Shown one piece after another: positions 1 through 9,438 of a stretch of 64,000 nt of DNA (the stretch's first letter is position 1; each line of letters starts with the position of its first letter). Both the position numbers and the translations under genes were made by a program. The stretch comes from an uncultured Clostridia bacterium (GTDB lineage: Bacteria > Bacillota > Clostridia > TANB77 > CAG-465), in the NCBI GenBank assembly GCA_934132895.1, contig CAKPAG010000006.1, forward strand, positions 933 through 64,932. Reading direction: 5' to 3'. The notes below the pieces were generated by a model. It did no database searches and was not told the origin of the DNA. It saw only the letters and a list, made by a program, of their open reading frames with translations.

Positions 1-133
1 ATTCTTTATTGGGGTCATCATAAACTCTATCGTTAATTTTATTTTGAACAAGTCTTGAACCAAAAAATTTCCCCATATAGTTATAGAAATTATCTGATTT
101 GTTATTCATTTTCAAAACCATATTTTTCCTCAT
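1..133 (-). CDS. hypothetical protein, N-terminal part only (gene runs off window start)
   Basis: In-frame ATGs at 133/121/109 on minus strand; AAGGAGAAG RBS 9 nt upstream of ATG at 131-133; reads MRKNMVLKMNNKSDNFYNYMGKFFGSRLVQNK... to position 1; begins 17 nt after stop of upstream gene (likely co-transcribed). Confidence 0.35.
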   Translation of the reverse strand, partial: MRKNMVLKMNNKSDNFYNYMGKFFGSRLVQNKINDRVYDDPNKE

Positions 134-151
134 CTTCAACTTCTCCTTTTT

Positions 152-1438
152 TTAATTTGCTTCAGTCATTTGCTTTTGTAAAAATTTATCATCAGTTACT
201 GTAGTAGAATTTAACAAATTATCCCATTTATGAATAAGTCTTTTTAATTCTTTTTCATCTGATTTAGTAGGTGCAAAAGATAATCTTTTTAAATAAAAGT
301 CATTTTTTTCTATTGCTCGTGCTATTCTACGCCAAGATATGGCTTTTTTTTGATTTTCAAGTTTTATCTCTGCTGTTTCTGGTATTTCATCTATTTGAGT
401 TCCATATTTATTTCTATACCAAATCATAAATTTTTTTATTTTTCTATAATAATGAATCATTAAATCTTTGTTATATATACCTATACTTTCAAGTAAAAAA
501 ATTGTATATTCTTGCCAACTCATAAATTTAGGCTTACACGTTCTAATATTTCCAAGTGCCGTTGTTTTACAATATATATTTCCAAAGTTTACACCATTTA
601 CTCTATTTAAAACTTTTGTCCACGTTTCATACTCCAAAGCTTTAAACTGGTTAAGTCCGTTTTTTTGGTCATCCCCATATGGTTGGCATAGTCTTTGTTG
701 ATATATACTTAGTCCATTTTTATACATTAATTCATATATTTCATTAAACATAAAATCAAATTTACTAACTGTTCCCCATATATCATCTGCAGAAAAATCA
801 TATATTGGATAAAAATTAAAAACATCTAAATATTTATCATGCATTTTTATTTTGGTAGTCCATTGATATCCTTTAAATGTTATTTTTTTATCTTGCACTG
901 CTATGGTATTAAAACGATTTAAACTTTCATCAGTTCTTATTCCAACACCACATGCCACTAATCCTCCGTATTTTTCTTGATACCATTTAGGAAACTGAAT
1001 CATAAATTCTTCAAATTCTTCACCAGGTACAAAAAAATCAAATGGACAGTTATTTATATTTATACTATCTTTTGGTAAATCTCTTACCCATAGGTCCTTT
1101 GATTCTTCTTCCCAACATATCCATTTAGGTTGGAGTACTGAGATTGCATTTCTTAGTGCTATAGGAAGAGCAATATGATAAAAATCTCTTACTTGTGGTA
1201 ATTTTTTTAATTCCTCAATATGTTCTACTGTTCTTTTATATTGTGCTTCCAAGTCAATGAATAATACATCAAATTTTTTATTCATCTCTTTTCCAACCAT
1301 ATTAGCAAGCTGTATCATAACAGAACTATCTTTTCCGCCACTCACACTAAAATATACATTATCAAAGTTTGCAAAGATAATTCTTAAACGTTCAATAGCT
1401 GCATCTAAAACATTTTTTTCTAAATACTTCTTTGACAT
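152..1438 (-). CDS. PAPS-reductase-like PP-loop ATP pyrophosphatase with DUF3440-like C-terminal region (IbrA-like)
   Basis: PP-loop motif SVSGGKDSSVMI near N-terminus; ~428 aa; start set at MSKKYLEK (ATG 1436-1438) because AGAGGAAG RBS lies 6 nt upstream, rather than the longer ORF-track start. Confidence 0.6.
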   Translation of the reverse strand: MSKKYLEKNVLDAAIERLRIIFANFDNVYFSVSGGKDSSVMIQLANMVGKEMNKKFDVLFIDLEAQYKRTVEHIEELKKLPQVRDFYHIALPIALRNAISVLQPKWICWEEESKDLWVRDLPKDSININNCPFDFFVPGEEFEEFMIQFPKWYQEKYGGLVACGVGIRTDESLNRFNTIAVQDKKITFKGYQWTTKIKMHDKYLDVFNFYPIYDFSADDIWGTVSKFDFMFNEIYELMYKNGLSIYQQRLCQPYGDDQKNGLNQFKALEYETWTKVLNRVNGVNFGNIYCKTTALGNIRTCKPKFMSWQEYTIFLLESIGIYNKDLMIHYYRKIKKFMIWYRNKYGTQIDEIPETAEIKLENQKKAISWRRIARAIEKNDFYLKRLSFAPTKSDEKELKRLIHKWDNLLNSTTVTDDKFLQKQMTEAN

Positions 1439-1565
1439 ATATAACTTCCTCTTTATATCTAAATTGGAAAATTTTACCAATTTAAAATTAATTATATCAT
1501 GTTTTTTTACAAAAATAAAGTTTTTTCGACATGCAATTTTATATTTTATTTTTATATGAGAAAAA

Positions 1566-1592
1566 AAGTGCTGTAAAAATTTCACAGCACTT
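1566..1592 (-). terminator. Rho-independent terminator after small 83-aa gene
   Basis: GTGCTGTGAAATTTTTACAGCAC hairpin (7-10 bp stem) followed on minus strand by TTTTTTTCTC, 13 nt after stop at 1605. Confidence 0.6.
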
Positions 1593-1604
1593 AAAATATA
1601 TAAT

Positions 1605-1856
1605 TTAAGCAATTGGCATATTGTACTCCATATTTTCAGTATAAAGCTTTGCAATATTTTTAAAAAATGTTATACCTGTTATTTCTGCAGTACGTACTCG
1701 AACATTTTGTCCATTAAGTTCAACATACCCCCTTGCTCGTATTTTTTCACCATCATCAATTAAGCTTTTGGCTTTTGTTACATCTTTAATTTCATCCATT
1801 CCGTTTTCAAAGAAGTCAAGTTTAAAATCTTTCTTTCTTCTCTTTACATTTTGCAT
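1605..1856 (-). CDS. small hypothetical protein (83 aa), standalone unit
   Basis: ATG at 1854-1856 preceded by AAGGAGG RBS (9-nt spacer); own promoter-like element upstream and own terminator downstream; MQNVKRRKKDFKLDFFENGMDEIKD... no recognisable family. Confidence 0.45.
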   Translation of the reverse strand: MQNVKRRKKDFKLDFFENGMDEIKDVTKAKSLIDDGEKIRARGYVELNGQNVRVRTAEITGITFFKNIAKLYTENMEYNMPIA

Positions 1857-1893
1857 AAATTTATGCCTCCTTAAAAAATAATATGTATTTATA

Positions 1894-1922
1894 ATTATAC
1901 TATTTATTACTATTAAAGTCAA
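1894..1922 (-). promoter_or_regulatory. putative sigma-A promoter of the 83-aa gene
   Basis: TATAAT (revcomp of 1894-1899) with 17-nt spacer to TGGACT -35-like hexamer; ~35 nt upstream of RBS. Confidence 0.35.
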
Positions 1923-1951
1923 TACTTTTTATGTAAATTCATTTTATTCAA

Positions 1952-3478
1952 TTACATTCCAGTAAATGGCAATTCTTCAGAATATACCACATTATCATTT
2001 CCGATTGTTAAATTTATAACTTCTCCCATTTTTGTAATTTCAGCTTTAAAAGTATTACTATTTAACACATAATATTTACTTGACTTAATCTCCTTAATAT
2101 AATATTTTCCATATTCTAAGTCCTTTGATGTAGCAACACCATTTTTATCTGTAGTTATAGTATCTACCAATTCGTTATTTTCATTATATATGTTAAAAAC
2201 TGTATCACATAATGGTGTATTTTTCTTTAAACCAGAGAGTTTATTATCTTCATTACTTAACTTTAATATTTTTATATTTCCTTTTATTTTATCATTAGAT
2301 ATAGAAATAGTATTTTCTTTTTCCATTTTAACTTTTATATTATATGCATTTTCTTCTTTTGAAATATAATAGCCTTTAGAAGCTTCTATTTCTTTTAGTT
2401 CTAATTCTTCTGATTTAAAAATTTTTAAATCTTTTGAAATATCTAAGTTTATCTCACCATTTTCATCTGTTACATATTCTCCTAAAAGTCTACCTGTTGA
2501 TTTCAAACTTATACTAAATTTGGTATTTGGAAGCCTAATAGCATTATCATCTTTATCTACTTTTATAATCTTTAAATACGTTGGAATATATTTTAATTCA
2601 TTATCCATTTTAATAATATTTGTTTTTAAAGGTCTTAAAGCAAGTGCTGTATTTTGCTTTGATGAGTCTAAAGATGCACCAAACATAACAGAATTTTCTT
2701 TTACTAATGTATCAAATTCTAGACTAAATTTTATATTTTCTAATACTTTATTTCTTTTTATTAATATTTTTACCTCTTTTTGATTTGTAATTTTATCTAT
2801 TTTGTTATTATTTAAATCTGTAATAATAGCCTCTAATGAATTTTTCCTTAAAACTATTTCTTTTACATTTTCGTTATACTCTAATTTTATTTTTTTGCTA
2901 TAATATTCCTCGTCTTTATCATCTATTTTAAATTCTTTTGATACCTCTACTATATTTACTGTATTTGGTAAAATCTCAGTGTTTATACCTTTTTCATATA
3001 TGTTTCTTATTGCATTTGCAACTTTTATTCCCTCCTGATTTAATGCCTCAATTTTTCCAAAATCTAAATTGCTAACATAACACCAAGCTGCAAACTGAGT
3101 TGCAAACTTTGCTTCATCTTCTGTACTTAAACCTAACTCACTTGGACTTTTATATGGATAGCCATTAAGTATTATGTTATTAAGCGTCTTATCTTGTAGC
3201 TTTTCATTTACATTTACATCATACTCTCCTTTTTCTGCGCCATCCATTCCAAGATTTATACAATATGCAGGATATCTAACCCCTTCATTATCTAAATAGT
3301 AATAGTCAAAAAAACGTTGCGAAATACCATTATATTTTATATATCTATTCTCATTTTTATTATATTTTATTCTATGCGTACCTAAATCAATATTTGTATT
3401 ATCATACGCTGCAAATATTTTGCTCATTGTAACTATTATTAATAACAAAAAAGCAATTATTTTATTTTTCTTTATCAT
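1952..3478 (-). CDS. secreted thioester-domain (TQXA) adhesin-like protein ending in LPFTGM
   Basis: N-terminal signal peptide MIKKNKIIAFLLLIIVTMSKIFA; Cys...Gln thioester signature (PAYCINLG ... FATQFAAW); C-terminus ...EELPFTGM then TAA with no hydrophobic tail; ATG overlaps sortase stop (TAATG) with AAGGGGGAA RBS. Confidence 0.6.
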   Translation of the reverse strand: MIKKNKIIAFLLLIIVTMSKIFAAYDNTNIDLGTHRIKYNKNENRYIKYNGISQRFFDYYYLDNEGVRYPAYCINLGMDGAEKGEYDVNVNEKLQDKTLNNIILNGYPYKSPSELGLSTEDEAKFATQFAAWCYVSNLDFGKIEALNQEGIKVANAIRNIYEKGINTEILPNTVNIVEVSKEFKIDDKDEEYYSKKIKLEYNENVKEIVLRKNSLEAIITDLNNNKIDKITNQKEVKILIKRNKVLENIKFSLEFDTLVKENSVMFGASLDSSKQNTALALRPLKTNIIKMDNELKYIPTYLKIIKVDKDDNAIRLPNTKFSISLKSTGRLLGEYVTDENGEINLDISKDLKIFKSEELELKEIEASKGYYISKEENAYNIKVKMEKENTISISNDKIKGNIKILKLSNEDNKLSGLKKNTPLCDTVFNIYNENNELVDTITTDKNGVATSKDLEYGKYYIKEIKSSKYYVLNSNTFKAEITKMGEVINLTIGNDNVVYSEELPFTGM

Positions 3479-4119
3479 TAATTTTCCCCCTTTATTTCTA
3501 CAGCTCTTAAGCATAATCTTTTGTTTTTATCATTATTTATAGTGCAAGTTATACAAGTAATAACGTTTTCATTAGTTTCTTCTAAAACTGAAAAATCATT
3601 ACTTGCTACTTCAAAAATTTCTTTAACTGCATATTTTCTTTGAGCCCCATTAAAACTATATATAATCTTATCTCCAGTCTTTAGGGTATGCAAATTTTTA
3701 AACAGATCTGAAGTATATACAGAATAATTATGTGCTGCCAAACAAACATTTCCATTAAAGTCTGCTGAAAATGTAAAATGTCCTACATTATTTTTTAATG
3801 TATCTTGGTCAACGCCTTCATGTATTTCTTCATTATACATATTAATGCTTGGAATTGTTATATACTTATTACTTTTATTATAATTATTTGAAGTAGAGTT
3901 ACTAACACTTTCCACATCATTTACATATGCTTCTTTATAGTTTAAATTTTTTTCTTTAGTATCTTCGATTTTACTTATCTTTAAGTCTTTTTCTTTTACA
4001 TTAGGATTTAATTTTAAGATTAAAAATATTGAAAGTAACAATATTAAATAGAAAATAATACCTAGAATTAATACTTTTGAATTTAATGTTATTTTTTTAA
4101 GATTTATACTTTTTCTCAT
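3478..4119 (-). CDS. sortase family transpeptidase
   Basis: N-terminal TM anchor, LAAHN and VITCITC (TLxTC-like catalytic Cys) motifs; translationally coupled to downstream LPxTG protein. Confidence 0.7.
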   Translation of the reverse strand: MRKSINLKKITLNSKVLILGIIFYLILLLSIFLILKLNPNVKEKDLKISKIEDTKEKNLNYKEAYVNDVESVSNSTSNNYNKSNKYITIPSINMYNEEIHEGVDQDTLKNNVGHFTFSADFNGNVCLAAHNYSVYTSDLFKNLHTLKTGDKIIYSFNGAQRKYAVKEIFEVASNDFSVLEETNENVITCITCTINNDKNKRLCLRAVEIKGEN

Positions 4120-4278
4120 ATTGATATGATTTTTAAATTTATATTTATATATTACATGATAAAAAAATATATATATTTAAATATTTGAATTAAAAACTTA
4201 TATGAATTAAAGTTTGAAACAATACACCTATATTATATATTTGCAGTATCTGAAAGTCAAGAAAAATCGGTCGTAAAA

Positions 4279-4317
4279 TTTCGACAAAAAAAGAGAAAAC
4301 AATTTACATATTTGTCT
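4279..4317 (-). terminator. Rho-independent terminator after DUF3006/MBL operon
   Basis: AGAGAAGACAAATATGTAAATTGTTTTCTCT hairpin followed by TTTTTTTGTCG on minus strand, ~20 nt after stop at 4336. Confidence 0.55.
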
Positions 4318-4335
4318 TCTCTTAATTTACTCTTA

Positions 4336-4563
4336 TCAAAGCCAAAGGTCCTTAGTTAAATCATCTATTTCCATTTTTCTTTTTTGGGTTTCATCTATGT
4401 CTAAAACATATTTTTTTCCATCAAATTCTAATACGTCCCCTTCTTTAACATCTTTAGGCAAATCCTTTTTTAATATGTTTACAAATTTAAGCTCTGAAGT
4501 TTCACATACTGCAAACTCCTCCTCAAATCTATCTATTATATACTGTACCTTATTATTTTCCAT
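4336..4563 (-). CDS. DUF3006-like small protein
   Basis: 75 aa; 11-nt overlap with upstream MBL gene (common MBL+DUF3006 pairing). Confidence 0.4.
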   Translation of the reverse strand: MENNKVQYIIDRFEEEFAVCETSELKFVNILKKDLPKDVKEGDVLEFDGKKYVLDIDETQKRKMEIDDLTKDLWL

Positions 4564-5512
4564 AATTATATGAGCCCTCCTTTACATTAAACGAGATATT
4601 TTCTCCATCAGTATTAATTACAACAGTTCCACTTTCATCAGTCCTATACACTGGTATATTGTTTTCTTTAAGCTTTTTCATTGTTTGTTTAGATGGATGT
4701 GAATAATCATTATTCTTACCACAAGATATAACAACAGCTTCTGGCGATACTCTATTTAAAAAAGTGTCTGAAGTAGAAGTTTTTGAGCCGTGATGTCCAA
4801 GTTTTAAAACATCTGCTTTAACATCATATCCTTTTGCTAAAATTTGATTTTCAGATAGTTCTTCTGCATCTCCCATAAACAAAAAAGACCTATTTTTATA
4901 TGTTAGTTTTATTACTATAGAATAATCATTTGCCTCTTTATACTCTGATGAGTTAGGTGCTAACACTTTAAAAGTAGCATCTCCAAACTCAAATTCTTCT
5001 CCTGAATTTGGTGCATATAATTTTTTATTCTTACTCTTAACAGCTTTAGCAAAGTTTTCAAATGTTTTAGTAGAAGATTTTTGTTTTGGAAACAGTATCT
5101 TGTCTATTTGAAAAGTTGAAATAACTTTATCCATTCCTCCAATATGGTCTTCATGTGCATGTGTACCAATAACATAATCAAATTTTTTTACTCCTTGCTC
5201 TTTTATATAATTTACAAGCATATCCTCAGTATCATTTTTTCCAGCATCTATTAACATTGCATGTTCACCAGTTGTTATTAAAATAGCATCTGCCTGACCA
5301 ACATCAATATATCTAATTACAAGTGCTGGTTCTACTGTACTTGATACTATAGATTTTTCATTTTCACTTTCGTTAAGTATACTCTCTTGAACATTCTCAT
5401 TATTTTCTTCTTTATTTGCAAATTCTGTAAAATAGCTTGTAAGTACACCAGCTACCACAACAACTAAGAAAAAAATAATTTTTAACAATTTTTCTTTGGA
5501 CTTTTTCTTCAT
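4553..5512 (-). CDS. secreted MBL-fold metallo-hydrolase (ComEC C-terminal-domain-like)
   Basis: signal/TM N-terminus; HAHEDHIGG metallo-beta-lactamase motif; GHHGSKTSTS. Confidence 0.65.
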   Translation of the reverse strand: MKKKSKEKLLKIIFFLVVVVAGVLTSYFTEFANKEENNENVQESILNESENEKSIVSSTVEPALVIRYIDVGQADAILITTGEHAMLIDAGKNDTEDMLVNYIKEQGVKKFDYVIGTHAHEDHIGGMDKVISTFQIDKILFPKQKSSTKTFENFAKAVKSKNKKLYAPNSGEEFEFGDATFKVLAPNSSEYKEANDYSIVIKLTYKNRSFLFMGDAEELSENQILAKGYDVKADVLKLGHHGSKTSTSDTFLNRVSPEAVVISCGKNNDYSHPSKQTMKKLKENNIPVYRTDESGTVVINTDGENISFNVKEGSYNYGK

Positions 5513-5539
5513 CTTCGCTGCCTCCTAATTATATATATG

Positions 5540-5568
5540 AGTATAATTTAGTAAATTTAATTTGTCAA
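5540..5568 (-). promoter_or_regulatory. sigma-A promoter for MBL/DUF3006 operon
   Basis: minus strand TTGACA (5563-5568) - 17 nt - TATACT (5540-5545), ~25 nt upstream of AGGAGG RBS. Confidence 0.55.
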
Positions 5569-5916
5569 GAAAATTTACCACTTATTTTTTGACGAAAAAA
5601 AAGATAGATTGACAGTAAATGATAAAACCCTTTTTGTAAAGGTGGGTATCTTGTTATAACTATTAGGATCCTCAAAACTTTTAGTAAGAGTATTCAACAC
5701 AAGCTACACTATTCCTGATTCCCGTATCATATCTTGTAGATTTTCATATAATCTGTCTTAATCTATCTATTTATATTTTAACATTAATTTTTTTGTATGT
5801 AAAGCAATTTTAGAAAAAACTTTATTAAAATTTATACAAGTATTACTTTAATTTAATTATACTTATTTATTACAAAAAAATATCAAGTTATCGCCCACTT
5901 TTATCTTAATATTTTC

Positions 5917-6474
5917 TTACTTTTTACAAGTTATACTAATCTTATTTCCGTTTACACCTATCTGATCAACTATAATTTGTTGAATTTGAGCTATTTGTTC
6001 GTCTTTTAAATCTTCTTCTGATTTTACTACAACATTTAAGTTATCATTACTTGTAGGAATAATAACTATATCTTTTATTCCCTTAGATTTTATTACATTT
6101 TCTACCATATTAATTAAATTTTTTTCTGTTATTAATTCATTTAACTTTTTTTGGTATTCATTTACTTGCTCTGCAGATGTATTCTGATTAGCAATTATAC
6201 TAGAATAATTTTCGCTAAGTTCCGAATACATATTATCTCTGTCATATTTAAAAACTGCAATGTCACTATCTTCCTTACTTTCTTTAATTTTAGCATCTTC
6301 TTCTGAATATATACTAACATTATCATATGTAAAACTATCTTTCCCATTTACATATACTGTTTGCCCAAGATTTTTTTCTCTTTCCGGATTATATTTATAA
6401 TTAATATATCCTGCAAGCGAAACCATAAGTCCAACTGATATCAATGCTAACGTACTTCTTTTTACTACTGTCAT
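5917..6474 (-). CDS. spoIIIAH: stage III sporulation protein AH
   Basis: last gene of spoIIIA-like operon; N-terminal TM anchor; position/size consistent. Confidence 0.55.
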   Translation of the reverse strand: MTVVKRSTLALISVGLMVSLAGYINYKYNPEREKNLGQTVYVNGKDSFTYDNVSIYSEEDAKIKESKEDSDIAVFKYDRDNMYSELSENYSSIIANQNTSAEQVNEYQKKLNELITEKNLINMVENVIKSKGIKDIVIIPTSNDNLNVVVKSEEDLKDEQIAQIQQIIVDQIGVNGNKISITCKK

Positions 6475-6479
6475 TTAAC

Positions 6480-7040
6480 TTACACCTCTTTTTCAAAAAC
6501 TTGTATTTTATATGCTGGTACATTTGTAAGGCTCGAAACTGCTGTAGCTATTTTTGACCTCATATCTACTGTTGATGCTCCTTTAGCCACTATTATTGCC
6601 CCCTCAATTTTAGGCATTTCAGTGCTTTCTATAATAGCTGTTTTTTTATTACCATCTTCATTATACGCCACTGTTTTTTCTGTTGTTTTACTTTCACCTT
6701 TTTGTTCTTCCTTTGTGTTATATATGGCACTTTGTTTTGTATCTTGTGAATAAGTTATAACAACAGACACATCACTTATACCAGAAATTTGGGATAAAAC
6801 ATTTGCAAGTTTGGTTTCCAAGTCACTTTTTTTACTTGAATTTTCATTCTCACTAGTATTATTTATATTCTCTTTATTACTTGTACTATTACTTACATTT
6901 TTACTTTCAGTAGTATTACTTTTAAAAATATACTTACTTGCAAGTAATATCACAACAAGTAGTATCACAAGTAAAACAATATTTTCTATTTTTCTATCTT
7001 TAGATTTAGCTATATTTTTTAAGGTTTCTAAATAATTCAT
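6480..7040 (-). CDS. spoIIIAG: stage III sporulation protein AG
   Basis: start set at MNYLETLK (AAGGGGGAAG RBS 5 nt upstream); TM anchor + Ser/Asn-rich linker; operon position. Confidence 0.55.
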   Translation of the reverse strand: MNYLETLKNIAKSKDRKIENIVLLVILLVVILLASKYIFKSNTTESKNVSNSTSNKENINNTSENENSSKKSDLETKLANVLSQISGISDVSVVITYSQDTKQSAIYNTKEEQKGESKTTEKTVAYNEDGNKKTAIIESTEMPKIEGAIIVAKGASTVDMRSKIATAVSSLTNVPAYKIQVFEKEV

Positions 7041-7068
7041 AAAAACTTCCCCCTTCTTACAAGATTTT

Positions 7069-7587
7069 TTATTCTTCAATTACTTCTATTTTCGAAAAGT
7101 CCAAATCATATTCTGAGTTTATATATTTAACCACCTGTGTAACATCATCTAAAGAAGATGTATTTTCATCAATTTTTGCAATACAAATTTTTAACTTATC
7201 AATGTTATATTGTTCTGTCAAAAACATATCTATTGTTTTGCAATTTATTCCTTTTTCTTCTAGTTTTGCCTTTATATCATTTTTCATATTTAGAGCAAAA
7301 GTTTCCCTTAAATTATCATCTCTTTTTTTATTATACATTTCTTCATCAACTGTAGAATTTTCATCCATATTTGACATACTTTCAATAGCTTCAGTTAAAG
7401 AAGCTTCAACGTCTTTATTCTTTAGTACATTTACTAAAGGTGAAACTATTGTTATTATAGTTATAACCCCAACAAGTGAGTATATGTACTTTTTTAAATT
7501 TGTTTTAGGAATAATAAGTTGTATAAATGTTACAAATATCCCCAAACAAAGCATCGCACTTACCCAATTTTTAAATATTTCTACCAT
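7069..7587 (-). CDS. spoIIIAF: stage III sporulation protein AF
   Basis: 172 aa, two N-terminal TM helices; operon position. Confidence 0.5.
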   Translation of the reverse strand: MVEIFKNWVSAMLCLGIFVTFIQLIIPKTNLKKYIYSLVGVITIITIVSPLVNVLKNKDVEASLTEAIESMSNMDENSTVDEEMYNKKRDDNLRETFALNMKNDIKAKLEEKGINCKTIDMFLTEQYNIDKLKICIAKIDENTSSLDDVTQVVKYINSEYDLDFSKIEVIEE

Positions 7588-7643
7588 AATTTATCTCTCC
7601 TTTTTCTTTTGTTTAGATTTTATTTTTACTCTATTTTATTTTT

Positions 7644-8834
7644 TTATTTAACCACACTTCCTACCAAGTTTAATATTATTCCTGTAGATATAACAAAAAG
7701 AATAGTGATTCCTATTAAGACTCCTAGCAAGTTTTTGTATACATTTGCAAAAGATGATATAAATTTTATGACATTTTCCTCTTTACAAATAGGTTCCATC
7801 AAAGCTGAAAGTATACTGTATATAGCTACTACTCCTATTATTTTTATAACTGGTACTATAGCTACTATTATAACGGATAAAATTCCAAGTGTTCCTCCTA
7901 CTTTACCTATTACCTGAGTAGCTCCTACTACACTTTCAAAACTATCAGAAAAAAACTTACCAACAACTGGTACAAAATTTGATACCGCACTTTGAGTGGT
8001 CTTTACTGCAAGTGTATCAACTGAAGCAGTTAAATTTGTTTCCAAAGCCAGAACTCCTAGAAAAAATGTTAAAAGTACTCCTACTATCCATATTGCACTA
8101 GAAGAAAAAAGCTTAGAAGTTTTACTAAAGCTTAAATTTTCAGATATTGCAGATATTACATTTATTGCAACTGATATACTAAAAAATGGCACTACTACAT
8201 AATTTACAATAAACCCTACTGCACTTGCTACAAATAATAACATTGGTTCAATTATACCAGTTGAAGTTATTGCTCCTGTAGATATTAATATTGCCATTAA
8301 AAATGGAGATATTATTTGCATTAAAGTAGTAAGAGTTCCTATTACATTTTTAAACATTGTAATTATATCCACAAAACTTGTTATAGCTATAACAGCTATA
8401 GCTGCAAAGCATGCCAGATGTGCAATTTTGGTTACATCAGATTTTTTTTCAAGTTCAATACTTGAAATTACAGCCATTAAAAGAGTTACTAAATATATTG
8501 ATATTCCGCCTTTAAAGCTTGTCATCATCTCTTTTAAAAAAAATGATAAAAGCTTACAAACTATATTTTTATAATCTATATTATTAGTTTTTATTAAAGA
8601 CGTAGCAATATCTTCAAATTCTATCCCATCTATTCCAAACTCCTTTACGCTATCATTTACTTTTTCTATGTATTCATCTATCCCAACATCTTTTTCTATA
8701 TTTGCTTTAACAGTTTCACCTACATTTTCACTTTCCATATTTTCTGCAAATATGCATGAATTAAAAAGTGTAGTTTGAAAACAGATTAACAAAAAAATGT
8801 ATATAATAATTTTTCTAATTTTTATTCTTACCAT
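7644..8834 (-). CDS. spoIIIAE: stage III sporulation protein AE
   Basis: 396 aa polytopic membrane protein with N-terminal signal; operon position and size typical of SpoIIIAE. Confidence 0.65.
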   Translation of the reverse strand: MVRIKIRKIIIYIFLLICFQTTLFNSCIFAENMESENVGETVKANIEKDVGIDEYIEKVNDSVKEFGIDGIEFEDIATSLIKTNNIDYKNIVCKLLSFFLKEMMTSFKGGISIYLVTLLMAVISSIELEKKSDVTKIAHLACFAAIAVIAITSFVDIITMFKNVIGTLTTLMQIISPFLMAILISTGAITSTGIIEPMLLFVASAVGFIVNYVVVPFFSISVAINVISAISENLSFSKTSKLFSSSAIWIVGVLLTFFLGVLALETNLTASVDTLAVKTTQSAVSNFVPVVGKFFSDSFESVVGATQVIGKVGGTLGILSVIIVAIVPVIKIIGVVAIYSILSALMEPICKEENVIKFISSFANVYKNLLGVLIGITILFVISTGIILNLVGSVVK

Positions 8835-8837
8835 TTC

Positions 8838-9230
8838 TTATACCAATCCTGTTAATACATTTACAAGTGTTGCAATAAGAGGAAGTGATAAAGATACTAT
8901 AATTACTTTGCCAGCCAGTTCAAGTTTAGTAGCTATAGCACTTTGTCCAGCATCTATGCAAATATTTTTTCCAAACTCAACTAAATATGCAATACCCGTT
9001 ATTTTTAAAATTATTACTAGAAATTCTTTATTTATTCCTGAACTTTCAATTAAAGCATTAAGCATATCTACAATCGGAGTTATTTTAGATATAGTAAATA
9101 AAAGTATACATACACCAGCTGCTATTGAAAGAACTAGTCCAATCTCTTTTTTCTCATTATTTAACATTACTATCAAAATAGTAGCAATAATAGCAAAGCC
9201 AAGAATCTTAAATACTTCCACCTTTATCAC
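8838..9230 (-). CDS. spoIIIAD: stage III sporulation protein AD
   Basis: 130 aa, 4 TM helices; operon position. Confidence 0.6.
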   Translation of the reverse strand: MIKVEVFKILGFAIIATILIVMLNNEKKEIGLVLSIAAGVCILLFTISKITPIVDMLNALIESSGINKEFLVIILKITGIAYLVEFGKNICIDAGQSAIATKLELAGKVIIVSLSLPLIATLVNVLTGLV

Positions 9231-9425
9231 CTACAATCCAAAAACGGTTCTTACAGTTTCAAAAAGATTGCTAATTTGGGTTATTACAAGCATTAATACT
9301 ATTATAAGGCCAGTAAGAGTCGTCATCATCGCTTGATCTTCTCTTCCAGCTTTAGTTAATACTTGATTTAATACAGCTACTAAAATTCCAATTCCTGCTA
9401 TTTTAAACAACAAATCTATATCCAT
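9231..9425 (-). CDS. spoIIIAC: stage III sporulation protein AC
   Basis: 64 aa, two TM helices; abuts spoIIIAD. Confidence 0.6.
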   Translation of the reverse strand: MDIDLLFKIAGIGILVAVLNQVLTKAGREDQAMMTTLTGLIIVLMLVITQISNLFETVRTVFGL

Positions 9426-9438
9426 AAAATTTGCCTCC

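Noticed and set aside
4553-4563. 11-nt overlap between MBL-hydrolase and DUF3006 ORFs as possible frameshift
   Set aside because: Both ORFs have independent starts and the pair is a common two-gene arrangement; overlap fits translational coupling.
5600-5760. Slightly GC-richer 160-bp stretch in the 400-bp intergenic region downstream of spoIIIAH as possible sRNA/riboswitch
   Set aside because: No recognisable conserved RNA motif, terminator or promoter pairing could be established by eye; left unassigned.
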